In this document: piece after piece, positions 1-6,659 of the stretch
Position numbering within the stretch: position 1 is the first letter of the stretch
Layout of the letters: every line of letters begins with the position of its first letter
IMG/VR virus record: IMGVR_UViG_2563366820_000001
Location: 1-16,099 of that record
Direction: 5' to 3' (one strand)
Length of the DNA stretch: 16,099 nt
Source: a virus
Taxonomy: Duplodnaviria; Heunggongvirae; Uroviricota; Caudoviricetes
The notes under the pieces: generated by a model
The model's input: only the letters and a program-made list of their open reading frames with translations
Told to the model about the DNA's origin: nothing
Databases searched by the model: none
Translations under genes and position numbers: made by a program

Positions 1-1254
1 ATGCTGGAACAAATGGGCATTGCCGCGAAGCAAGCCTCGTATAAATTAGCGCAACTCTCCAGCCGCGAAAAAAATCGCGTGCTGGAAAAAATCGCCGATG
101 AACTGGAAGCACAAAGCGAAATCATCCTCAACGCTAACGCCCAGGATGTTGCTGACGCACGTGCCAATGGCCTTAGCGAAGCGATGCTTGACCGTCTGGC
201 ACTGACGCCCGCACGGCTGAAAGGCATTGCCGACGATGTGCGCCAGGTGTGCAATCTCGCCGATCCGGTGGGGCAGGTGATTGATGGTGGTGTGCTGGAC
301 AGCGGCCTGCGTCTTGAGCGTCGTCGCGTACCGCTGGGGGTGATTGGCGTGATTTATGAAGCGCGCCCGAACGTGACGGTTGATGTTGCTTCCCTGTGCC
401 TGAAAACCGGTAACGCAGTGATCCTGCGTGGTGGCAAAGAAACCTGTCGCACTAACGCTGCAACGGTGGCGGTGATTCAGGACTCCCTGAAATCCTGCGG
501 CTTACCGGCGGGTGCCGTGCAGGCGATTGATAATCCTGACCGTGCGCTGGTAAGTGAAATGCTGCGTATGGATAAATACATCGACATGCTGATCCCGCGT
601 GGTGGCGCTGGCCTGCATAAGCTGTGCCGCGAACAGTCGACAATCCCGGTGATCACAGGCGGTATAGGCGTATGCCATATTTACGTTGATGAAAGTGCAG
701 AGATCGCTGAAGCCCTGAAAGTAATCGTCAACGCAAAAACTCAGCGCCCGAGCACGTGTAATACGGTAGAAACGTTGCTGGTGAATAAAAACATCGCAGA
801 TAGCTTCCTGCCTGTGTTAAGCAAACAGATGGCTGAAAGCGGTGTGACGTTACACGCCGATGCTACCGCACTGACGCAATTGCAGGCAGGTCCCGCGAAG
901 GTGGTTGCTGTTAAAGCTGAAGAGTATGACGATGAGTTTCTGTCCTTAGATTTGAACGTCAAAATCGTCAGCGATCTTGACGATGCCATCGCCCATATTC
1001 GTGAACACGGCACGCAACACTCCGATGCGATCCTGACCCGCGATATGCGCAACGCCCAGCGTTTTGTTAACGAAGTAGATTCCTCCGCTGTTTACGTTAA
1101 CGCTTCTACGCGTTTTACCGATGGCGGCCAGTTTGGTCTGGGTGCGGAAGTGGCGGTAAGCACACAAAAACTCCACGCGCGTGGCCCAATGGGGCTGGAA
1201 GCGCTGACCACTTACAAGTGGATCGGCATTGGTGATTACACCATTCGTGCGTAA
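1..1254 (+). CDS. proA: gamma-glutamyl phosphate reductase (glutamate-5-semialdehyde dehydrogenase), complete
   Basis: 417-aa ORF whose translation I recognise along its full length as E. coli ProA ([30 protein letters not shown] ... [14 protein letters not shown]); TAA stop at 1252..1254; followed by thrW as in the E. coli proBA-thrW locus. Confidence 0.96.
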   Translation: MLEQMGIAAKQASYKLAQLSSREKNRVLEKIADELEAQSEIILNANAQDVADARANGLSEAMLDRLALTPARLKGIADDVRQVCNLADPVGQVIDGGVLDSGLRLERRRVPLGVIGVIYEARPNVTVDVASLCLKTGNAVILRGGKETCRTNAATVAVIQDSLKSCGLPAGAVQAIDNPDRALVSEMLRMDKYIDMLIPRGGAGLHKLCREQSTIPVITGGIGVCHIYVDESAEIAEALKVIVNAKTQRPSTCNTVETLLVNKNIADSFLPVLSKQMAESGVTLHADATALTQLQAGPAKVVAVKAEEYDDEFLSLDLNVKIVSDLDDAIAHIREHGTQHSDAILTRDMRNAQRFVNEVDSSAVYVNASTRFTDGGQFGLGAEVAVSTQKLHARGPMGLEALTTYKWIGIGDYTIRA

Positions 1255-1368
1255 ATAAAACCGGGTGATGCAAAAGTAGCCATTTGATTCACAAGGCCAT
1301 TGACGCATCGCCCGGTTAGTTTTAACCTTGTCCACCGTGATTCACATTCGTGAACATGTCCTTACAGG

Positions 1369-1444
1369 GCCGATATAGCTCAGTTGGTAGAGCAGCGCAT
1401 TCGTAATGCGAAGGTCGTAGGTTCGACTCCTATTATCGGCACCA
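1369..1444 (+). tRNA. thrW: tRNA-Thr (anticodon CGU)
   Basis: 76-nt sequence GCCGATATAGCTCAGTTGGTAGAGCAGCGCATTCGTAATGCGAAGGTCGTAGGTTCGACTCCTATTATCGGCACCA; 7-bp acceptor stem GCCGATA/TATCGGC, anticodon loop TTCGTAA, T-arm GGTTCGACTCC, 3' CCA. Confidence 0.95.
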
Positions 1445-1461
1445 TTCTAATGTCTCCCCAA

Positions 1462-1608
1462 GTCTACTCAAGTATTTAAAAAACTCTTATAATCCGCATG
1501 TTAGCGCCCCTTTTAGTCTTTTGACGTCTACTTAAGTACCCCAAAATCTACAGTCAATTGGGGGTACTTTTGGGGGTATTTGCTGTTCGGTTTAGTGGAG
1601 GTACCCCC
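1462..1608 (+). repeat. attL arm region with direct repeats GTCTACT(C/T)AAGTA (1462..1474, 1526..1538) and inverted GTACCCC/GGGGGTA motifs (1534..1546, 1560..1567, 1571..1579, 1601..1608); candidate integrase arm-type binding sites and int promoter
   Basis: Repeats read directly between the tRNA 3' end and the int start codon. Confidence 0.4.
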
Positions 1609-1610
1609 AA

Positions 1611-2825
1611 GTGAAACTCAATGCCCGTCAAATAGACACTGCCAAGCCAAAAGAGAAGGCTTACAAGCTGGCTGATGGTGGTGGTCTGTATCTCTTGGTA
1701 AAACCTAGTGGAGGAAAATATTGGCGCTTCAAGTATCGTGTAGCTGGTAAAGAGAAGCTGTTAGCACTAGGTGTGTATCCTGAAGTTACCTTGGCTGATG
1801 CTCGTGCAAAACGTGAAGAAGCTAAAAGGGGTATCGCTGGGGGTATCGATCCGATGGAAGCGAAACGAGAGGAAAAGATTGCCCGGGAAACGCAGTTAAA
1901 CAACACCTTCAAAGATATTGCCCTTGAGTGGCACAGCAGCAAATTAAAAAAATGGTCTGCTGGTTATGCTTCAGACATCCTCGAAGCCTTCAACAAAGAT
2001 GTGTTCCCTTACATTGGCAAAAAACCAATCGCCGAAATCAAACCACTTGAACTGCTGAATGTGCTGCGGCGCATCGAGGGGCGCGGTGCTACCGAAAAAG
2101 CCAAAAAAGTGAGGCAGCGATGCGGGGAAGTTTTCCGCTATGCAATTGTCACTGGACGTGCTGAGTATAACCCTGCACCGGATCTCACCAGCGCGATGCA
2201 AGGTCATGAATCTAATCATTATCCTTTCCTCACAGCCAAAGAATTACCTGATTTTTTCAAGGCATTGTCCAGTTACTCAGGAAGTGCATTGGTTGTTATG
2301 GCGGCTCGTCTACTGATTATCACCGGTTTGCGGACTGGCGAACTGCGCGGTGCATTATGGGATGAAATCGATCTCAACAAGGCTATCTGGGAGATACCAG
2401 CTTCACGGATGAAAATGCGTCGCCCTCATGTGGTGCCTTTGTCTGAGCAGGCTCTTTCGCTTATTGGGCAGATTAAAGAACTAACTGGCAATTATCCGCT
2501 TATGTTTCCCGGCCGTAATGATCCAAGGAAAACAATGAGCGAGGCTAGCATAAACCAAGTATTTAAACGCATCGGCTATAACGGAAAGGTTACTGGTCAT
2601 GGCTTCCGGCACACTATGAGCACCATTTTGCATGAGCAGGGCTATAACACCGCGTGGATAGAGACACAGCTTGCGCACGTCGATAAAAACTCAATTCGTG
2701 GCACATACAACCATGCGCAATATCTGGATGGGCGGCGGGAAATGCTTCAGTGGTACGCTGATTATATGGATTCGCTCGAGCATGGCGGAAATGTGGTGCA
2801 TGGTGAGTTCGGAAAATGCGGGTGA
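1611..2825 (+). CDS. int: P4-family tyrosine site-specific integrase
   Basis: 404-aa ORF with GTG start preceded by GGAGG (1597..1601); N-terminus MKLNARQIDTAKPKEKAYKLADGGGLYLLVKP typical of P4-like integrases; C-terminal catalytic region with conserved R (ITGLRTGELR), HGFRHT and Y (SIRGTYNHAQY); location directly downstream of a tRNA. Confidence 0.9.
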   Translation: MKLNARQIDTAKPKEKAYKLADGGGLYLLVKPSGGKYWRFKYRVAGKEKLLALGVYPEVTLADARAKREEAKRGIAGGIDPMEAKREEKIARETQLNNTFKDIALEWHSSKLKKWSAGYASDILEAFNKDVFPYIGKKPIAEIKPLELLNVLRRIEGRGATEKAKKVRQRCGEVFRYAIVTGRAEYNPAPDLTSAMQGHESNHYPFLTAKELPDFFKALSSYSGSALVVMAARLLIITGLRTGELRGALWDEIDLNKAIWEIPASRMKMRRPHVVPLSEQALSLIGQIKELTGNYPLMFPGRNDPRKTMSEASINQVFKRIGYNGKVTGHGFRHTMSTILHEQGYNTAWIETQLAHVDKNSIRGTYNHAQYLDGRREMLQWYADYMDSLEHGGNVVHGEFGKCG

Positions 2826-2896
2826 CTGGTTGAGTATACAGTAGTAGACTTTGAGCGATTAAGAAAAGGCTGTGTCTAGGGTCGCTCCCGAAAATC

Positions 2897-2951
2897 CGCA
2901 CACCTCTGCGGACTGGCACAGCCACTACGGTAGAGGGCGCAGAGGTGTGCG
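2897..2951 (+). promoter_or_regulatory. Perfect 14-bp inverted repeat CGCACACCTCTGCG (2897..2910) / CGCAGAGGTGTGCG (2938..2951), 27-nt spacer; second arm contains the AGAGGTG Shine-Dalgarno of the downstream ORF
   Basis: Reverse-complement identity verified base by base; the ATG at 2953 follows arm 2 directly. Confidence 0.5.
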
Positions 2952-2952
2952 T

Positions 2953-3723
2953 ATGGTTGATATTCATGCCGAATTAAATGAATATAAAAAAGAGTTTATT
3001 TATTTACGTGATTTTCTTGATGATGTATTTAAAGTTGTTGATGCTAATATTTCAGAAGTCATTACCTGGATACTCAAGAGAATAAATACAGTAAATCCAG
3101 GTATTACCCTGTACACAGTAAATTCATTAAATGAGGTGGAACTTTATTCTTCGGATCCGTTTGAGTGGAGATCTGATTTTAACTTTCTTTATGCAAAACT
3201 GGATACGGTTAGGGAGCGTGGTTGTTTACCTTGTGAGAGGGATGAGAGTGGTTTTCTGGTATCTGGTTATTGGGAAGATGCCGAATTTGAGGCAATGGGA
3301 TTCAGAAGAAATGAAATTTTCGAAATTTTCCCAGAAATCCTTGACGGGTTAATGAATCTGGAATGTGCTGACTCTTCTGAAAATAACGAGGCGCAAGGAA
3401 GCAATATTGAACATAAAGAGTTGCGTACAGATGATGATTTTTTATCCCGAATTGCAATGCTGGAAAAAGAAAATGAATCGTTAAGGGAGCGGGTAAATCA
3501 GTTAGAAAAGGAGCGCCCGATTTTGCTAAGGGCGTATCGTGATGATGACCCATTGTATCTGGCTATCGATATTAGAAACAGAGAGTGGGCCAATTACGAC
3601 CCAGAGAATGATCGCGCAACCAGGGGAAACCAGGGCGCGATTACTACTGAACTTGAAAAACGAGGTTTTACCTCCCGACAGGCCGCATCTATTGAGCTTG
3701 TCGCCTGTCCTATCAAACGATGA
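2953..3723 (+). CDS. Hypothetical protein (256 aa from ATG 2953; ORF track allows GTG at 2872), AT-rich N-terminal half, coiled-coil-like segment IAMLEKENESLRERVNQLEKER
   Basis: Long ORF with SD AGAGGTG 6 nt upstream of ATG 2953; codon composition markedly more AT-rich than the flanking int and alpA; no family recognised. Confidence 0.55.
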   Translation: MVDIHAELNEYKKEFIYLRDFLDDVFKVVDANISEVITWILKRINTVNPGITLYTVNSLNEVELYSSDPFEWRSDFNFLYAKLDTVRERGCLPCERDESGFLVSGYWEDAEFEAMGFRRNEIFEIFPEILDGLMNLECADSSENNEAQGSNIEHKELRTDDDFLSRIAMLEKENESLRERVNQLEKERPILLRAYRDDDPLYLAIDIRNREWANYDPENDRATRGNQGAITTELEKRGFTSRQAASIELVACPIKR

Positions 3724-3762
3724 AGCCTTACCCTAGTGATATCTCATGTTTTGTTCGCGTCT

Positions 3763-3841
3763 CACCCTAAGGGTAATCAGACCTCACCCTTAGGGTATTT
3801 TTGTATGCTTTCCCATCAATTTTACTATTACCCTTAGGGTA
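3763..3841 (+). promoter_or_regulatory. Three copies of a palindromic motif ACCCT(A/T)AGGGTA (3763..3776, 3785..3797, 3830..3841) upstream of alpA; candidate operator array
   Basis: Motifs read directly; ACCCTAAGGGT and ACCCTTAGGGT are reverse complements of each other. Confidence 0.5.
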
Positions 3842-3943
3842 AAAATATTCCCGATTACCATTAGGCATGAGGGTATGAAAATATTCGTTATTTCTGTGCC
3901 ATGATTACCTCGTCAAATTGAGTAGACGTTATGAGGTAAATAT

Positions 3944-4141
3944 ATGTCAAATACGCTTATTCGTTTAACGGAAGTTCAGCGTAGAACTGGATATAGCAAG
4001 GCATGGATTTATCGCCTTATGGGGCAAGGTAAATTTCCTGCATCAGTTAAAATTGGCTCGCGAGCGATTGCTTTCGTTGAGAGTGAAATTGACGAGTGGA
4101 TTAATCAGCGTATTGCGGAATCACGCGGAACAGCTACCTGA
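3944..4141 (+). CDS. alpA: AlpA-family phage transcriptional regulator / excisionase-like HTH protein
   Basis: 65-aa product MSNTLIRLTEVQRRTGYSKAWIYRLMGQGKFPASVKIGSRAIAFVESEIDEWINQR matches the AlpA pattern (L+EV...G.S+..IY.L...G.FP..VK.G.R...F.E.EI.EWI). Confidence 0.8.
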   Translation: MSNTLIRLTEVQRRTGYSKAWIYRLMGQGKFPASVKIGSRAIAFVESEIDEWINQRIAESRGTAT

Positions 4142-4219
4142 TTAAATGGCTACGGGGCCAGAAGTCCCAGCTATCCACCAGCAAATAAAAAGTAACTTAA
4201 TTCGATAGCAGGAGTTTTT

Positions 4220-5020
4220 ATGAAACTGCGAAAAACGCCCGTACAGGGGCAGGGATTCGTTCGGCCTGAAAACCAGAGCCAACAAAATTTCGGCGAAATT
4301 ATCCCGGTTATTTCCGGCGTTATTGGCGGGCGTGAAACCAATATTGTTAGCGCCAGAGCGTTGCATAAGGCGCTGGGTGTGAAGCGTGATTTCACAACCT
4401 GGATTAAAGGACGCATTGATGAGTACGGATTTAAAAAGGGCGTGGATTTTGAATTCGTAGAAAATTTGACCTCCCCCAATCCGGTGAGCGCAAAATCTCG
4501 CCAACGTGTAGAGCACGACTACCTGAGCACTATCAACATGGCGAAAGAACTGGCGATGGTCGAACGCACCGAACAGGGCCGCGCCGTTCGTCAGTACTTC
4601 ATCAAATGCGAGGAAGAGCTACACAAGGTTGCGCCTGTACGTTCCGCAGCGTTACGCCGGGAACTGAAAGCCCGTATCACAGTTGCCAGCTACTTTAAGC
4701 CAATGTGTGCCGCGCTGGAGGCGTACCGGGCTGAACTGGGTAAAAACACGCTCCAGCACCATTACACCACGGAAGCCAATATGCTGGCGCGTATCGTGCT
4801 GGGTGGCATGACTGCAAAACAGTGGGCGCAGGCGAACGGCATTACAGGCGAACCACGCGACCACATGAGCACGTTGCAGCTTGAGCACCTTTCTTACCTT
4901 GAGCAGAGCAATATCACGCTGATTGAGTTAGGCCAGGACTACCACCAGCGGAAGGCTGAATTAATTCGTCTTTCGCAGCGTTGGTTAGCCCGTCGCATGG
5001 AGGAAAACAGCCATGTGTAA
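4220..5020 (+). CDS. Phage antirepressor-like protein (AntA/AntB-type N-terminal domain)
   Basis: 266-aa ORF with AGGAG SD; segment ARALHKALGVKRDFTTWIKGRIDEYGFKKGVDFEF resembles the AntA/AntB antirepressor domain signature; called by eye, not by search. Confidence 0.55.
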   Translation: MKLRKTPVQGQGFVRPENQSQQNFGEIIPVISGVIGGRETNIVSARALHKALGVKRDFTTWIKGRIDEYGFKKGVDFEFVENLTSPNPVSAKSRQRVEHDYLSTINMAKELAMVERTEQGRAVRQYFIKCEEELHKVAPVRSAALRRELKARITVASYFKPMCAALEAYRAELGKNTLQHHYTTEANMLARIVLGGMTAKQWAQANGITGEPRDHMSTLQLEHLSYLEQSNITLIELGQDYHQRKAELIRLSQRWLARRMEENSHV

Positions 5021-5275
5021 CGCTCTGACCGTTACAAAAAGAGAAAGCGCCCCGTTGCCGGAGCGCCTTTGTGAACGAATTACCTGTAGCACCATATTGC
5101 TTACTGTCTACGAGGCAGATTATAGCGTTGTGGTCGCACAGAGTGAAGGCGCTGATCACCGTTACTACAGCACACCAGAAATGCGGAATATTTTGCTGCA
5201 AAATGTCGTTGGCCACGCTGTCCGGAAAGCAAAAAATTTTGCTGGTGGCGCGACTGATGCGATTTTTTCTGGGCG

Positions 5276-5449
5276 TCAGCCTTTTGGCTCGATACCGCGC
5301 TGTTGTAATTCTTTGCGGAGTATTCGTTTAATCCAAGTAGCTAATGAGGTGTCGCCGTCTGCCTTGGCTGCCTCCTCAAGTTGCGCTCTAAATTCTTCTG
5401 GTAGTCGCATTTGGTATGGTGGTGATCGTTTCTCTAATGGTGTTGACAT
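5276..5449 (-). CDS. Arc/MetJ-type ribbon-helix-helix DNA-binding protein (57 aa), not in the ORF track
   Basis: Minus-strand translation verified codon by codon: MSTPLEKRSPPYQMRLPEEFRAQLEEAAKADGDTSLATWIKRILRKELQQRGIEPKG; MRLPEEF...SLATWIKRIL is the Arc-like beta-strand/helix signature; SD-like AGGGG upstream; divergent from the + strand operon. Confidence 0.6.
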   Translation of the reverse strand: MSTPLEKRSPPYQMRLPEEFRAQLEEAAKADGDTSLATWIKRILRKELQQRGIEPKG

Positions 5450-5489
5450 GGTAATTACCCCTAATTACTATAGTTACATGGTAATTACC
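5446..5489 (+). promoter_or_regulatory. Two copies of ACATGGTAATTACC (5446..5459, 5476..5489) containing the perfect palindrome GGTAATTACC, 30 bp apart, in the divergent intergenic region; candidate operators for the Arc-like repressor
   Basis: Exact 14-nt repeats read from sequence; the first overlaps the Arc-like start codon. Confidence 0.5.
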
Positions 5490-5585
5490 ATTGTACTTAC
5501 CATTACGCAAAAAACAACGCCCCGCAGTGCTGGAACACATGCAGGGCGTCTAACCACCAACGATAGCAGAAGTATCGAGGTAGCT

Positions 5586-5789
5586 ATGAGAAATCATACC
5601 ACACACCCGCAAGGGCGGGACTCGCACAACCTGAATAAATACATCTGGCGTTTTATCGCCCTGAGCACGGCACAACCGCGCGTAATTCACATCGAGGCCA
5701 CCAGCGAACAGGAAGCCCGCCAGCAATCCCCGGCTGGCTGCGTGATGGTATTCGCTGCCCGTATTCGCCAGGAGGTGCACCATGCATAA
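5586..5789 (+). CDS. Hypothetical small protein (67 aa), first gene of the replication-module operon
   Basis: ATG at 5586 preceded by GAGG; in frame with the C-terminal part of the spurious 5013..5789 track ORF; stop overlaps the next start (ATGCATAA). Confidence 0.45.
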   Translation: MRNHTTHPQGRDSHNLNKYIWRFIALSTAQPRVIHIEATSEQEARQQSPAGCVMVFAARIRQEVHHA

Positions 5790-6147
5790 CCTGTCAATTT
5801 CTGACCTTAACAGCATTCAGTTTGACGAGAAATTTACCGGGCAGCTACTGGTCAATGTGGAGAACGGGCGCATAGTGCGTAATTACCACCTGCCGGATGG
5901 TGCAATTGCCGGAAGCGTTGAAGCATTGCTGGAAATGGCGGAACGTGCGCGACTGATTAAGCCGTCAACGTGCCATCACGATGATGATCTGCATTTTACC
6001 GGACGCATGGTGAGTCACTACGAAAACGGCGTTGAAGTATCCCGCGAACGGCTGCGTGATGATTGCTGTTTCGGCACACTGCCGGAATTTATCGAATTGC
6101 TGACCAGTTGCGGTTACCAGGTCATTCAGGGGGTGCATCATGGGTAA
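5782..6147 (+). CDS. Hypothetical protein (121 aa) with two internal copies of an FTG...NG... module
   Basis: Translationally coupled on both sides; internal repeat FTGQLLVNVENGRIV / FTGRMVSHYENGVEV. Confidence 0.55.
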   Translation: MHNLSISDLNSIQFDEKFTGQLLVNVENGRIVRNYHLPDGAIAGSVEALLEMAERARLIKPSTCHHDDDLHFTGRMVSHYENGVEVSRERLRDDCCFGTLPEFIELLTSCGYQVIQGVHHG

Positions 6148-6340
6148 TCAGCCAGCAACAATGACAATTACCCTGAATGTGCCAGATGATTTCACCGGAC
6201 GCGTACTGGTTTACCTGGATAAAGGGAACGTGAAATCACAATGCCGACTGCGAAATAATGAAATTGTAAGTACGGTAGAAGGCTTTTCTGAACTCTGTAT
6301 TCGTGCAGGAATAAAACCGGAACTGCTGACAGGAAAATAA
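6140..6340 (+). CDS. Hypothetical protein (66 aa), paralogous to the module in the upstream ORF
   Basis: FTGRVLVYLDKGNVKSQCRL...TVEGFSELCIRAGIKP aligns with FTGQLLVNVENGRIVRNYHL...SVEALLEMAERARLIKP of the upstream product; start overlaps the upstream stop. Confidence 0.5.
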   Translation: MGNQPATMTITLNVPDDFTGRVLVYLDKGNVKSQCRLRNNEIVSTVEGFSELCIRAGIKPELLTGK

Positions 6341-6344
6341 AACC

Positions 6345-6659
6345 ATGAAAAAGAAAAATTCTGGCTTTACTGCCAGCGGTCTCTCTCGGCCTGAAATTCG
6401 CCCCGGCGATATTTTCCGGGATAAATACGGCAGTCAGATAACGGTAAAAACGGTGAGTGCTTATCGTGTGACCTATATCCGCGAAGGGTATGCGCATCCC
6501 TGCGTGTCGTCACATATGCGCTTTGAAAGGGAATTCATCCTTGTAAGTAAAGCGCCACCAGCAGAATTAAGCGACATCGACAAAATCATGAGCGTCACGG
6601 GCGCGGAACGCATCAGGACAGTACGTGAAATTATTCGTGAGCGGGGAGGTAAGAAGTGA
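6345..6659 (+). CDS. Hypothetical protein (104 aa)
   Basis: ORF with ATG 4 nt after the previous stop; stop overlaps the primase GTG start (GTGA). Confidence 0.5.
   Translation: MKKKNSGFTASGLSRPEIRPGDIFRDKYGSQITVKTVSAYRVTYIREGYAHPCVSSHMRFEREFILVSKAPPAELSDIDKIMSVTGAERIRTVREIIRERGGKK

Noticed and set aside
452-1335. Minus-strand track ORFs inside and just after proA (452..643, 741..1052, 946..1335)
   Set aside because: They are antisense to the fully recognised proA coding sequence; frame-shadow ORFs typical of GC-rich genes.
5200-5275. Near-palindrome GCAAAAAATTTTGC as a terminator for the Arc-like gene
   Set aside because: The stem would be almost entirely A/T and lacks a flanking T-run on the relevant strand; too weak to call.
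5013-5789. 258-aa + strand track ORF spanning the alpA-distal intergenic region
   Set aside because: It runs antisense through the verified Arc-like RHH gene and across the operator region; the translation is low-complexity and Ser/Ala/Arg-rich. Only its last 67 codons (5586..5789) have a start codon with an SD and were kept as a separate small gene.
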